Part shown: positions 9,626-23,009 of the stretch, piece by piece
Position numbering within the stretch: the stretch's first letter is position 1
Layout of the letters: the number at the start of each line of letters is the position of its first letter
NCBI GenBank assembly: GCA_963740355.1
Contig: CAVUDW010000003.1
Coordinates: forward strand, 384,001-448,000
Direction: 5' to 3'
Source of the DNA: an uncultured Gemmatimonadaceae bacterium
GTDB lineage: Bacteria; Gemmatimonadota; Gemmatimonadetes; Gemmatimonadales; Gemmatimonadaceae
DNA length: 64,000 nucleotides
Made by a program: the position numbers and the translations under genes
Notes under the pieces: model-generated
The model's input: only the letters and a program-made list of their open reading frames with translations
Told to the model about the DNA's origin: nothing
Databases searched by the model: none

Positions 9626-10600
9626 TCAGGTTGGTCTCAAGTCACGCGGTCTCGCTCCCGCATCCTTCTTCAAGAGGCGGCGAAGTGTGGTCGGCTCGGC
9701 ATAACCAACCCGATGTGCGATCGCTTCCACCGAGAGCGCCGTGGTCTCCAGCAATTCGATGGCACGCTCGACGCGCAGGCGTCGCAGAAACTGCACCGGT
9801 GACAGGCCCGTTGCCCGCTCGACACGGCGCGCAAAGGTCCGAGGGGCAAGGTTTGCCGCTGCGGCAAGCGCTTCCACCGTGACGCCCCGCTCCAACTCGG
9901 TCCGCGCCCAGCGTTCCGCGCGAGCGATGTCCGGGTCCTGCCCTGCCAACTGCCCCATCGCCATGTACCGCGCCTGGCTTCGACGTCCGTCCAGCAGCAG
10001 GAACCGTGCGCACCGCGATGCCATGTCGGCTCCGCAATACCGGTCAACGATCGACAGCATCAGATCGAGGTGCGCCAATGCGGCCCCCGCCGTGCTGAAG
10101 CGCCCGTCGGTCACCACCATCTCATCCGGTGCGAGGTCAATGCTGGGGAACATGCGGCGGAAGGCAGGGGCAAGCCACCACGTGGTTGTTGCGCGTCGCC
10201 CGTCCAGGAGCCCAGCGCGCGCAACGTGGAAGACCGCAGAGCACGAGGCGGCGATGTGTACGCCCTTCTCTGCCGCCGTCTGCAATTCACGGCGCATACG
10301 CACGGCATCGCTGCGCATCAGGCGCGCGGAAACGGCTTCCTCCGTCACCGTGAGTAAGCTCGGGATGATCAGCATGTCGGCGCGCTCGTCCGTGGGCGCA
10401 GGTAGCACCGGAAACACCGCGTGCAGGAACGCGCGCGTCGTGCGCGCGGCGGGGCCACGTACACGCAGGGTGAAGGCTGGAGGCCGGCCTCGCGCGAGTC
10501 GCAGCCGATTGGCAGTCGCGAGAACGTCGGCGGTGATGGCGATGCTCGAAGGCATGGCGCCGGCGAGGGCGTACAAGTCGATCGTCCGCATCGCGATCAT
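9626..10600 (-). CDS. GlxA family (DJ-1/PfpI + AraC HTH) transcriptional regulator
   Basis: AASCSAVF, GLLDGRRATTTW, C-terminal double HTH (EAIAHRVGY). Confidence 0.93.
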   Translation of the reverse strand: MIAMRTIDLYALAGAMPSSIAITADVLATANRLRLARGRPPAFTLRVRGPAARTTRAFLHAVFPVLPAPTDERADMLIIPSLLTVTEEAVSARLMRSDAVRMRRELQTAAEKGVHIAASCSAVFHVARAGLLDGRRATTTWWLAPAFRRMFPSIDLAPDEMVVTDGRFSTAGAALAHLDLMLSIVDRYCGADMASRCARFLLLDGRRSQARYMAMGQLAGQDPDIARAERWARTELERGVTVEALAAAANLAPRTFARRVERATGLSPVQFLRRLRVERAIELLETTALSVEAIAHRVGYAEPTTLRRLLKKDAGARPRDLRPT

Positions 10601-10687
10601 TTCCGGAAGTGGCAGGAGTATAGTGAACGCTGAACTGTGTCACGCGAGCGACTTTCGCGCCATTGCCACCACTTCTTCGCCCTCATC

Positions 10688-11197
10688 ATGTTCCACGATC
10701 CCGTCGAGTTGTTGAAATACATCGATCGCATGCACGAGCGGACTCGCCGCCTGATTGCGCTCATTCATCCCGACGACGTCGAGTGGGCACCGGTAGACCA
10801 CTGGTTCACGATAGGCGCGCTCGCCCGGCACCTCGCTGGCATGCAGCGATGGATGTGGGCGGAGACTGTCGTGGGACGTCAAAGCCGCTATCCGGGACAT
10901 GGCATCGAGCTCGCGAACGGCCTCGAGGCAGTGACGAACTATCTGGATCGGTTGCATGGGGAGTCCCGGGCAATCTTTGCTCGCCTCACGGCCGCAGATC
11001 TGGATGCGCCTGTGGCGACGCCGAGCGGTGCGACGCTTCCGTGTTGGAAGTGGCTGCGATCCATGACCGAACATGAAGCGCATCATCGCGGCCAGTTGTA
11101 CTTGATGCTGGCCATGCGCGGTGTTTCGACGCCGCCGATCTTTGGCCTGACCGCCGAAGAGGTCCAGGCGCGCTCACTCCCACCTGTAGACGTATGA
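10688..11197 (+). CDS. DinB family protein
   Basis: FTIGALARHL, MTEHEAHHRGQLY. Confidence 0.9.
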   Translation: MFHDPVELLKYIDRMHERTRRLIALIHPDDVEWAPVDHWFTIGALARHLAGMQRWMWAETVVGRQSRYPGHGIELANGLEAVTNYLDRLHGESRAIFARLTAADLDAPVATPSGATLPCWKWLRSMTEHEAHHRGQLYLMLAMRGVSTPPIFGLTAEEVQARSLPPVDV

Positions 11198-11697
11198 GCA
11201 CCCTCGCCGCATTGACGCTACCCGAGTTGCTTGCCTACACCACCGTCGAGACGCGCGCCTGGCGCGAGTGGTTGGCGGGTCAGCCTCCCGAGATTCTCGA
11301 CCTGACCGCAGGAATCAGACGCACTGCGACAGTCCGACAGCTGATTCACCATATCGTGGTGGTGGAACGTCGCTATGCGGATCGCCTGCGCGGCATGCCA
11401 GTCACGGACTACGACGCCGTCCGCGCGGATACGCTCGACGAACTGTTCGATGCCTTCGAGGAGGCACGCCGGTCGCTTGCAAACTGGGTGGATCGTGCGA
11501 CCGAGGAGGACTTCAGCCGGACCCTGCGCTTCACGACCCTGACTGCGGGCGCACTCGAAGCGAGTGCCCGGAAGATCGTGATTCACACCGTGTTGCATGG
11601 CGTGCGGCACTGGGCGCAGCTGGCGACGCTCGTTCGCCAGCACGGGTATCCGACGGAGTGGCAGCACGACATCCTGATGAGCGACGTACTGCGTTGA
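11194..11697 (+). CDS. DinB family protein
   Basis: LIHHIVVVE, HTVLHGVRHWAQL; ATGA overlap with the previous gene. Confidence 0.88.
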   Translation: MSTLAALTLPELLAYTTVETRAWREWLAGQPPEILDLTAGIRRTATVRQLIHHIVVVERRYADRLRGMPVTDYDAVRADTLDELFDAFEEARRSLANWVDRATEEDFSRTLRFTTLTAGALEASARKIVIHTVLHGVRHWAQLATLVRQHGYPTEWQHDILMSDVLR

Positions 11698-11737
11698 CGC
11701 CGAGCACTGAGACACAGGTCCTTCACCAACACTGCAG

Positions 11738-12154
11738 ATGAGCATCAACAACAGTCGCATCGAGCAACTTCCGGTCGAGTTCTTCAACCGTGTCTGGGCA
11801 CCACCGCATGATCTCGACGCCATCGACGAGCTGATGACGGAGGACTACACCATCACGACTGGCGGACAGGTCATTCGTGGGCGAGTTGCATTCAAGGCCT
11901 GGGTCGCTGAATTCCAGGGCAGGATTCTCGACGCGACGAACGAGACGCTGGAGGTGTTCGCGTCAGCGTCGGGCGATCGTGTCGTCTCGCGCTGGGTCTG
12001 TCGCGGTACGAATGGTGGCCTCTTTGGCCTTCCGGCCGACGGCCGTCCAGTGGAATTCACTGGCATCGCCATCTGGCGGGTGGAGCACGAACGGCTTGCT
12101 GAATGCTGGGTGGAGCGCGCCGCGTTCGAGGCGTATCGACAGCTCTCGGCGTAG
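11738..12154 (+). CDS. SnoaL-like ester cyclase (NTF2 fold)
   Basis: GDRVVSRWVCRGTN.GLFGLPADGRPVEFTGIAIWRV. Confidence 0.88.
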   Translation: MSINNSRIEQLPVEFFNRVWAPPHDLDAIDELMTEDYTITTGGQVIRGRVAFKAWVAEFQGRILDATNETLEVFASASGDRVVSRWVCRGTNGGLFGLPADGRPVEFTGIAIWRVEHERLAECWVERAAFEAYRQLSA

Positions 12155-12171
12155 CGGGACGACCAAGCTGG

Positions 12172-12378
12172 ATCAGATTCGCTAGCGCGGTTGCCGGTTT
12201 CGGCATGTTGCTGCGCGACAGCCCGACTCGCGGTGCGATCACGTGGAGCGATGTGCGAGGGCTGGCTCGGCAGGGAATCGGGAGAGATCGCGATGGTGAT
12301 CGGGCCGGCCTGCTGACGATGATCGATCTCGCGAAGCGTGCGGTACCGGCGACGGCGAGGGCTCGAGGGGAGCGGTGA
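12172..12378 (+). pseudogene. C-terminal remnant of a YfbK/DUF3520 (vWA-associated) gene
   Basis: RFASAVAGFGMLLRDS...TWSDVRGLARQGIGRDRDGDRAGLLTMIDLA resembles the DUF3520 tail; no start or upstream part. Confidence 0.7.
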
Positions 12379-12583
12379 GATAGCCGGCGACGGTGCCTAC
12401 GACACACGGGCCTCCCTGGCCAGCGCACCGCGTTGCGCCAACGCGCCCGCTCTGGCGCAAACCTGCTCCGTCCGCACACTTTCGTCCGATGCCCCACATC
12501 CCGCCCATCCGTCCGGTGGTGCAGCAGACCACCGCGCAGGCGTTGCCGAGCCGGTGACGGTGCGTCGCGGCGCTGCTGCCGAG

Positions 12584-15607
<3,024 letters not shown>

Positions 15608-15803
15608 CACAGACGCAGTCACAGGCGCAGGCACAGGCACAGACAACGTTCGGCGCGAGAGCATGCATGCGGGTTGCCACGGGTTCGACGCCTATCTCGA
15701 TGCGTCTGCAGCGTTCGGCGGAAACGTGTTCGCGCAGTCGCTGGACGAACGAGGCAGCCAGCGCAGAGCGCACTGGCTGCCTCGTTCGCATCCCGTGATA
15801 TGG

Positions 15804-17084
15804 TCAGCGCAGCGCGAGCTGGGCTGCCGACTCGGGGATCGCCGTGCCGTACCGGGCATTGATGGCCCGCGCTGCGGCGGCGGCGAGGATCGCATGCCCG
15901 GCGGCATTCGGATGGATTCCGTCCAGACTGACGGCATAGCCGTACGGGGTAGCCGTCGTCATCAGCGCGACCGTGCTGTAGGTCGGCTTGAGGTCAACGC
16001 GGCCAAAGAGCTCGTTCAGCGCCATGTACGCGAAGCCGTGCTTCTCGGCGGTCGCACTGATGTGTGCGTTCATGGCGGCCAGCTGTGTATTCACGATCGC
16101 GGCTTCGTCCGGCGTCAACACGAAATCCTGTGTCGTGGCGTTGCCACCGGCGCAGGAGAACTTGAACGTGCCAAGGCCGTTCCGGCGGTAGAACAACCCA
16201 GTGCCCACCGCCGTCGGAATCCGCACCGGCACGAAGATCAGGTTGGTGCTGGCATCGCAGTTCGGCAGGACCTCGATGTTGAACGCGGCCAGCATCGCGA
16301 CGCGGTCCGCCCAGATCTCCTGTCCGCGACGAAAGCTCGGGAAGTCACCGACGTTGTTCACCAGCCCGACCAGGATCCCACGCTTCACCTCCGCCGCGAC
16401 GGTATCGGTGAGCGCGGTGTACTGCGGCATCCACGTCGCGAGCGGTACGATCGTGGCGCCCGGGATCGCGATACCTGAACGGGAGTTGAGCACTTCATTG
16501 CCGCCGAACTCCACCGAGATGAATTTCGGCTTCTGGCGCAGTGCCGCCTGCAGCTGTGTGGTCTGCGACGGCAGGATATTCGGGTAGAGCAACCGGTAGG
16601 AAGCGTCAGTCTGCTTCGATTCCGGCGTTGCGGTGAGCGCGTCGTGCGTGCTCGCAGCAGCTATGGCCACATTCTGCGCGGGCAGTACCACACCCTCCTC
16701 CTGACCGGCACAGGAGGCATCGCCCGGGTTGATTGCCGCCGACTCGCCCGACAGGCGCACGCCATTGGCAAGCGGTGCGGCGAATGGCGAGCGGCAGCCA
16801 GGAAAGGCGATCAGCGGCAACGTCTGACTGCGACCGGCCAGCTCGGCCAGCTGCGCGGTCCAACTCTGTCGCTGGCCGGCGCCGGTTACGCCCTCGCTTT
16901 GCCAGCCCATCGAAATGCTGGTGCCCATCGAGACGAAGCGTTGGAACATGCCCAGTTCGTCGGGCGCTTCGCCGGTGAGGTTGGCGTGAACCTTCGGCGA
17001 TGTCGGATTGGTGACGTCCGAGCAGGCCGTGGCCACCAGAGCGAGCGCAGGGATGATGATACGGAAGCGGGTGCGGAACGACAT
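15804..17084 (-). CDS. SGNH/GDSL hydrolase family lipoprotein
   Basis: RBS GGAG; lipobox VATAC; block I SMGTSISMG, block III GGNE, block V DGIHPN..GH. Confidence 0.85.
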   Translation of the reverse strand: MSFRTRFRIIIPALALVATACSDVTNPTSPKVHANLTGEAPDELGMFQRFVSMGTSISMGWQSEGVTGAGQRQSWTAQLAELAGRSQTLPLIAFPGCRSPFAAPLANGVRLSGESAAINPGDASCAGQEEGVVLPAQNVAIAAASTHDALTATPESKQTDASYRLLYPNILPSQTTQLQAALRQKPKFISVEFGGNEVLNSRSGIAIPGATIVPLATWMPQYTALTDTVAAEVKRGILVGLVNNVGDFPSFRRGQEIWADRVAMLAAFNIEVLPNCDASTNLIFVPVRIPTAVGTGLFYRRNGLGTFKFSCAGGNATTQDFVLTPDEAAIVNTQLAAMNAHISATAEKHGFAYMALNELFGRVDLKPTYSTVALMTTATPYGYAVSLDGIHPNAAGHAILAAAAARAINARYGTAIPESAAQLALR

Positions 17085-17174
17085 TGGCGAACCCTCCTGA
17101 GGGTGGTGAAACGGTGCGCGATTGGCCGCGCGCACCATCATCGGACTTCGCCAGAGGCCTTCCTATGAGACAGA

Positions 17175-17309
17175 TGACGTAGGAGTGCACCGGTCCTGAC
17201 GTAGGTCTTCCGCTCGCCTGCGCCACACCTGCGGGCGTCATGCAGAAGCAACGAACCCCTCACATCGACGCGGGCATACCTACGTCACCACCGCCCGGTG
17301 ACTACGTCA
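17175..17309. promoter_or_regulatory. Four TGACGTAG(G) boxes, putative LuxR-type operator array
   Basis: TGACGTAGG at 17175 and 17197; inverted copies CCTACGTCA at 17279 and ACTACGTCA at 17301; 22-bp period in both pairs. Confidence 0.7.
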
Positions 17310-17350
17310 GGCGGCAGCGCAGGTGGAAGGCCGTCAACGGCGCGCGACAG

Positions 17351-17372
17351 AATGGGTGCACTGTCACCGGTT
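17351..17372 (-). repeat. Dispersed ~23-bp junction motif
   Basis: AATGGGTGCACTGTCACCGGTT, close to the copy at 39479-39501. Confidence 0.75.
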
Positions 17373-17497
17373 ATCGGCGTCGACATGGCGACGGTGTCCC
17401 GCGTGGCGTCCTGCAGGGGTAGCGAGCGAGCCAGCGGGTACCTCACGGGGCGAAGGGCGATCACCGGCCGGACGACCACAGGTGGGCGCCGCCGGAA

Positions 17498-17547
17498 TTG
17501 ACATCTCATATTCGCTCAAGCAAGTTTCATCTGCCTAAACGCATATG
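17498..17547 (+). promoter_or_regulatory. ars promoter/operator
   Basis: TTGACA at 17498; imperfect IR CATCTGC-N6-GCATATG at 17528-17547. Confidence 0.55.
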
Positions 17548-17578
17548 ACAGTCCTCCCTTCCCTGACGCCCCGGCCCC

Positions 17579-17977
17579 ATGACGACCTGCGCGCTGCCTG
17601 AAGCCGGAGCGGCTCCTGACACGAAGGCCGGTATCGACGAACTCGACGCGCTCTTCAAGGGCTTCGCCGACCCCACCCGCCTGCGCGTGCTGAACCTGCT
17701 CGTCGCCGGCGAGCTCTGTGTCTGCGACATCGTCGAGATCCTCGCGCTGCCGCAGCCCGCGGTGTCACGACATCTGGCATACCTGCGCCGCGCCGGCCTC
17801 GTCGAGGCGACCCGGGAATGGAAGTTCGCGCACTACCGCCTGGCCGAACCACGGCATGCGGTGCATCGGAACATGATGAACTGCGTGCGCTCGTGTTTCA
17901 CCGGCGTCACGAGCCTCGACACCGAGCGTGCGCGTGCCGTCGCACGCGTGGCCGAGCGCGCGGCGACGCCCTGCTGA
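17579..17977 (+). CDS. arsR: ArsR family arsenic-responsive repressor
   Basis: FKGFADPTRLRVL, ELCVCD As(III) site, QPAVSRHLAYL; true start may be ATG 17545 if one C is an error. Confidence 0.93.
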   Translation: MTTCALPEAGAAPDTKAGIDELDALFKGFADPTRLRVLNLLVAGELCVCDIVEILALPQPAVSRHLAYLRRAGLVEATREWKFAHYRLAEPRHAVHRNMMNCVRSCFTGVTSLDTERARAVARVAERAATPC

Positions 17978-18041
17978 GTCGCCGACGTCGCGCGAGTGCG
18001 CGTCAGTCCGTCGACACCTCGCATCACTCCCCACGCACATC

Positions 18042-19195
18042 ATGAGCGTCTCCACCACCGCCCGCGCGCCACTGCCTCCGCGCGGCGCCCCGTCCGATCT
18101 CGACGCGCCCATCCTGCGTCGCCTCTCGACGCTCGACCGCTTCCTGCCGCTCTGGATCTTCGCCGCGATGGCGCTCGGCCTGCTGCTCGGACGAGTCAAT
18201 CCCGACGCTTGGCGCGACACTCGACCGCGTGCAGGTCAACGGCGTGTCGGTCCCGATTGCCGTCGGCCTGCTCTGGATGATGTATCCCGTGCTGGCGAAG
18301 GTGAAATACGAGACCATCGGCGCGCACGTGCGCGACACGAAGCTGCTCGGCACCTCACTGGTGCTGAACTGGGTCATCGGCCCCAGTGCTGATGCTCGGT
18401 CTGGCGTGGCTGTTCCTGCCGGACCTGCCCGCGTATCGCAATGGGCTGGTGCTGATCGGCCTCGCGCGGTGCATCGCGATGGTGCTGATCTGGAACTCGC
18501 TCGCCTGCGGGTCGGGCGAACTTGCCGCGGTGCTCGTCGCACTGAACTCGGTCTTCCAGATCCTCACGTACTCCGTGCTCGGGTATCTCTTCCTGACGGT
18601 GGTGCCTGGCTGGTTCGGCGCCGACACCGCGGCGCTCAACATTTCGATGGGGCAGATCGCGACCAGCGTCGGCATCTTCCTCGGTGTGCCGCTGGTCGCC
18701 GGCTATCTGACGCGCAAGCTGCTGCTGCAGGCGAAGGGTGCCGCGTGGTACGACGGCGTGTTCATGCCGAAGTTCGGGCCGACCGCACTGCTTGGCCTGC
18801 TCTACACCATCGTGCTGATGTTCGCGATGCAGGGCAATCGCATCGTGACGCAGCCGATGGACGTGGTGCGCATCGCGATCCCGATGCTGGTCTACTTCGG
18901 CGTGATGTTCGGCCTCGCGTTCTGGCTGTCGCTGCGACTCGGCTTCAACTACGAGACCACGGCATCGCTGTCGTTCACGGCTGCTGGCAACAACTTCGAA
19001 CTGGCCATCGCGGTCGCCGTCGCGACGTTCGGCATCACGTCGGGCGAGGCGTTGGCTGCCGTGATCGGCCCGCTGATCGAGGTGCCGGCGCTTGTCGGCC
19101 TCGTGTACGCGTCGCTGTGGGCTCGTCGTCGCTACTTCCCCGGCGATGCGTTGAGCGACTCGCGCACCGCATTGCTCACTCCGCGTAAACAGTGA
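18042..19195 (+). CDS. acr3: Acr3 arsenite efflux transporter (two +1 frameshifts, probably sequencing errors)
   Basis: LSTLDRFLPLWI, GLLWMMYPVLAKV, GLARCIAMVLIWN, GNNFELAIAVA spread over three frames; extra C in runs at ~18202 and ~18383. Confidence 0.9.
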
Positions 19196-19200
19196 CTGTC

Positions 19201-19959
19201 ATGCGCTACGCCCTCATCTCCGACATCCACGCCAACCTGCATGCACTCGATGCGGTGCTGGCCGACATCGACCGTCGCGGTGACACCGACGCCATCTACC
19301 ATCTCGGGGATCTCGTCGGCTACTCGTCCAATCCGAACGAGGTCGTGCACCGGCTCACTGCGCGCGGCATCAGCGGCATTGCCGGCAACTACGACTCGAC
19401 CGTCGCGACCGACTACAAGCACTGCGGCTGCAAGAGCGAGACGCCGCGGCAGGAGGAGCTGGCGCACATCAGCTACGAGTACACGCGCGGCGCGGTGACC
19501 GCCGAGACGAAGCGCATGCTGGGCGCACTGCCCTTCTCGCTGGACATCCGCCCGAAGGGTGGGCATGCCTCGGGGCCGCGGCTGGTGCTCGTGCACGGAA
19601 CACCGACGCTGAACACGCTGTACTGGACCGAGGATCGTCCCGACGACTTCTGCCTGAAGATGGCGGCGAGCGTAAACCTGAAGAGCGGTGACGTGATCGC
19701 GTTCGGACACACGCACAAGCCGTGGCATCGCGAGGTGGAGGGAATCCACTTCGTGAACACCGGCAGCGTGGGGCGGCCGAAGGACGCGGACTGGCGCGCG
19801 GGCTACGTGCGGCTGGAGCTCGGGACCGGAGCCGCGACGGTGGAGTTCGTGCGCGTGGAGTACGACGTCGAGGCGGCGGCTCGTGGGGTGATCGAAGCCG
19901 GATTGCCGATGGAGTTCGCGGCGTTCCTTCGGAACGGTGGCACGACGTTGGTCGGCTGA
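19201..19959 (+). CDS. Metallophosphoesterase (calcineurin-like) in the ars operon
   Basis: SDIHAN, LGDLVGY, GNYD, VHG, GHTH, NTGSVG. Confidence 0.92.
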   Translation: MRYALISDIHANLHALDAVLADIDRRGDTDAIYHLGDLVGYSSNPNEVVHRLTARGISGIAGNYDSTVATDYKHCGCKSETPRQEELAHISYEYTRGAVTAETKRMLGALPFSLDIRPKGGHASGPRLVLVHGTPTLNTLYWTEDRPDDFCLKMAASVNLKSGDVIAFGHTHKPWHREVEGIHFVNTGSVGRPKDADWRAGYVRLELGTGAATVEFVRVEYDVEAAARGVIEAGLPMEFAAFLRNGGTTLVG

Positions 19960-20181
19960 TCTCGACGGGGCGACGAAAACACTGAGAGCACGCCACACCG
20001 CGCCCGCGTTGCACGCAAGGCCCCGGCCACTCGATGCATCGGATTTCGAGGGCGCGACTCGCCTGCGAACGTGTAAATTGAGGATGCCACGCCCATCCGC
20101 TCACGGCCCGAGAGTCGCCACGAGCGCGCAAGGCTCGAACACACCGAGCCGACCGTCTCCCCGCAATTCGGCAACGCCATC

Positions 20182-21444
20182 GTGCTTGAAATCGTCTCCA
20201 TTCTGCTGGCCGTCACCGCCGTTCTCGCGTTCGTCAACACGCGCTTCCTGCGACAGCCTCCCGCGATAGGGCTGCTGATCACCGCGCTCGGCAGCGCCCT
20301 CGTCGTCAAGGCGCTGGGCGTGTTCGGACTCGTGAATCTGGATCCGATTCTGGCGCTGCTGCGCGAGCTCGACTTCCGCGCAGCCCTCCTTGACGGCATG
20401 CTCGGCCTGTTGCTGTTCGCGGGGGCATTGCACGTGGACCCGGCCCAGCTGCGGGCGCAGGTCAGGCCCATCGCGGCCCTGGCGACACTGGGCACGCTGA
20501 TCAGCGCCGTGCTCATTGCGACAGCGGTCGTATGGATCGGCAAGGCAATCGGGACACCCGTCCCAGTCATCTGGGCCGTCGCGTTCGGCGTCCTGATCGC
20601 GCCCACGGACCCCATCGCGGTCGCGGCCCTGCTGCGCAGCGCAGGTGTTCCCAACGCGCTCCAGAAGACCATCACCGGCGAGTCCCTCTTCAACGACGGC
20701 ATCGGTGTGGTCTTGTTCCTCGCCGTCCTGACGACGATTGAACAGGGCGTCGTCCCTGGTGCCGGCGAGATCGCGCGCTTGCTCGGCGTCGAGATCGTCG
20801 GTGGTCTGGTGTTCGGGCTGGGACTTGGCTGGGTTGCCGTGCGCATGCTACGCCAGATCGATGAATACCAGACGGAGATCCTGCTCACGCTCGCCTTCGC
20901 ATTCGCTGGCTTCACGCTGGCGCGGTATCTCCACGTCTCTGGCGTGCTCGGCATGGTGGTGCTGGGGCTCGTGATCGGGCGGCAGGGTGGCGACGATGTC
21001 ATTTCGACCAAGACCAAGCAGCGGCTCGACGACTTCTGGGAGTTGATCGACGAATTTCTCAATGCCGGACTGTTCGTCCTCATCGGTGTCGAAATCCTCG
21101 TCATTGACGTACGCCCCGCTGCGCTGCTCCTCGGGCTCCTGCTGATCCCGGTGATCGTGGCCGTGCGATGGATCTCGGTGGCCGGCGTCGTCTGGCCGAT
21201 GCGGAATGTCCTCCGGTGGCCGGCAGGCAGCATCGGTCTCGTCACCTGGGCGGGCGTCCGTGGCGGCATCTCGATTGCCTTGGCGCTCGCCCTACCGGCG
21301 AATCCATTGCGGACGACGCTACTGGCGGCGACGTACGTCGTCGTCTGCTTCTCCATCGTCGTTCAGGGCCTGTCGGTCGGCTGGGTCGCACGCCGACTCC
21401 TTGGGGCGGCAGCGATGCGAGTCGCTGACGCGTCGGACCACTGA
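20182..21444 (+). CDS. CPA1 family Na+/H+ antiporter (NhaP-like)
   Basis: LLFAGALH, PTDPIAV, GESLFNDG, GVRGGISIALAL. Confidence 0.93.
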   Translation: MLEIVSILLAVTAVLAFVNTRFLRQPPAIGLLITALGSALVVKALGVFGLVNLDPILALLRELDFRAALLDGMLGLLLFAGALHVDPAQLRAQVRPIAALATLGTLISAVLIATAVVWIGKAIGTPVPVIWAVAFGVLIAPTDPIAVAALLRSAGVPNALQKTITGESLFNDGIGVVLFLAVLTTIEQGVVPGAGEIARLLGVEIVGGLVFGLGLGWVAVRMLRQIDEYQTEILLTLAFAFAGFTLARYLHVSGVLGMVVLGLVIGRQGGDDVISTKTKQRLDDFWELIDEFLNAGLFVLIGVEILVIDVRPAALLLGLLLIPVIVAVRWISVAGVVWPMRNVLRWPAGSIGLVTWAGVRGGISIALALALPANPLRTTLLAATYVVVCFSIVVQGLSVGWVARRLLGAAAMRVADASDH

Positions 21445-21540
21445 TACATCGCACGCGCTGGCTCGATCGCGGGCACCCGGGCGGGATGGTGGAGTACCCT
21501 GCTGTGTCCCATATGACTTCGCACTCATAACCGGATCGCA

Positions 21541-22989
21541 ATGCTGCAAGAGATCGCCAGCTGGTTCCGCGGATGGCGCGCCGCGGTGATCGAAGGACCG
21601 GCGCCGCGCCTCGCCGACGAAAATCAGTGGTACACAGAGCACACGGCACTGCTCATCAGCACGCTCAAGTGGTCGCTGCTGGGTGCCGGAGCAGGTGTCT
21701 GTGTTGGCCTTGGCACACGCGTGTTCCTCTGGGCGGTCGCCGCCAGCTCGGCGCAGGCGACGTCTGCCACGCAGGGCCGCTTCGCTTCCTACTGGTTCCT
21801 GCCGCTCGCGATGCCGCTCTGCGTCTGGCTGATCCGCACGTTCGCGCCTGACGCACGGGGGCACGGGACCGAGGCCGTCATCGCCGCCATTCACACCAGA
21901 GCTGGCCGGATCGATTGGCTGATTGCGCCAGTCAAGCTCGCCGGCACGGTGCTCACGCTCGCCTGCGGTGGATCAGTCGGAAAGGAAGGACCGGCGGCAC
22001 AGATCGGCGCTGCGATCACGAGCCTGTTTGCCGACATCATCCGGCTCACCGACGAGGATCGCCGCCGTCTCGTGATCTGCGGCATAAGCGCTGGTTTTGC
22101 AGCAGTCTTCGGCACGCCCGTGTCGGGAGCTCTGTTCGGTATCGAGGTGCTGTACCTGGGCCGCCTCGACTACACCGTGATATTCCCTGCTCTCGTCGCT
22201 GGCATCGTCGGCCACCTCGTCTGCGGCATCGCCCCGCCATTCCCGCAGCTGCACGAATCCTTCAGCGATATCGGCCAGGTTCGCATCGTCCTCACGACCA
22301 TCGCATCCGGCGCCCTGTTCGGCCTTGTGGCGCTGCTCCTGATCGAGACACTGCGCGGCGTCGAACGTGGGATCGAGCGCCTCCACATGAACGCCTACGC
22401 GCTCGCAGCCCTCGGTGGCGTGGCCCTCGTCTCGCTCTACACTTTTGCAGGGCCCGCGTATGCCGGACTTGGGACGGCCACGATTGATGGGGTACTGGCT
22501 GGGACGCTGGTCGTGTCAGGTGTCGCATTCCTGCTCAAGATCGTCGCCACCGCGATCACGCTGGAGACCGGAGGAAGCGGCGGCATCCTCACCCCGATCT
22601 TCTTCATCGGGGCGACCAGCGGCGCGGCACTCGCGCGCCTGTTTCACGTGCCACCGACGCTGCTTGCGGCCTTCGGCTTCGTGTCGGTCCTCGCGGCCGC
22701 GGCGAACACTCCAATCGCTGCGGCCGTCATGGCCATCGAGCTGCTGCCGCCTGACATCAGCGTGTATGCCGCGCTTTCCGCAGCGACCGCCTACTTGATG
22801 GTGGGTCACCGCAGTGTGTACGCCAGCCAGAAGCTCGGCTTTTCCAAGTCCGGCGGGCTCGAACTCCCGCTCGGAGGGACCATCGGAGATGTGGACCGCG
22901 CGTCGTTGCGCATCCGCAAAGGCAGTCTCACGGAGCGCGTGCACGGCCTTGGGCGACGCACCGAGAGCGGACGTGATGACGTGGAATGA
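21541..22989 (+). CDS. ClC family chloride channel / Cl-:H+ antiporter
   Basis: GHGTEAVI, GKEGP, GGILTPIF, SVY motifs. Confidence 0.92.
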   Translation: MLQEIASWFRGWRAAVIEGPAPRLADENQWYTEHTALLISTLKWSLLGAGAGVCVGLGTRVFLWAVAASSAQATSATQGRFASYWFLPLAMPLCVWLIRTFAPDARGHGTEAVIAAIHTRAGRIDWLIAPVKLAGTVLTLACGGSVGKEGPAAQIGAAITSLFADIIRLTDEDRRRLVICGISAGFAAVFGTPVSGALFGIEVLYLGRLDYTVIFPALVAGIVGHLVCGIAPPFPQLHESFSDIGQVRIVLTTIASGALFGLVALLLIETLRGVERGIERLHMNAYALAALGGVALVSLYTFAGPAYAGLGTATIDGVLAGTLVVSGVAFLLKIVATAITLETGGSGGILTPIFFIGATSGAALARLFHVPPTLLAAFGFVSVLAAAANTPIAAAVMAIELLPPDISVYAALSAATAYLMVGHRSVYASQKLGFSKSGGLELPLGGTIGDVDRASLRIRKGSLTERVHGLGRRTESGRDDVE

Positions 22990-23009
22990 CCGCGAACATC
23001 ACGCCCCGA

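Noticed and set aside
15608..15645. RCAGRC hexamer run after the LuxR stop
   Set aside because: Short low-complexity tract with no supporting structure.
21480..21525. Possible fluoride riboswitch upstream of the ClC gene (GATGGTGGAGT...ATGACTTC)
   Set aside because: Core spacing and P1 do not fit the crcB consensus, and the ClC has canonical GKEGP/GGILTP rather than the CLC-F GREGT/GEVTP signatures. A cmscan would settle it.
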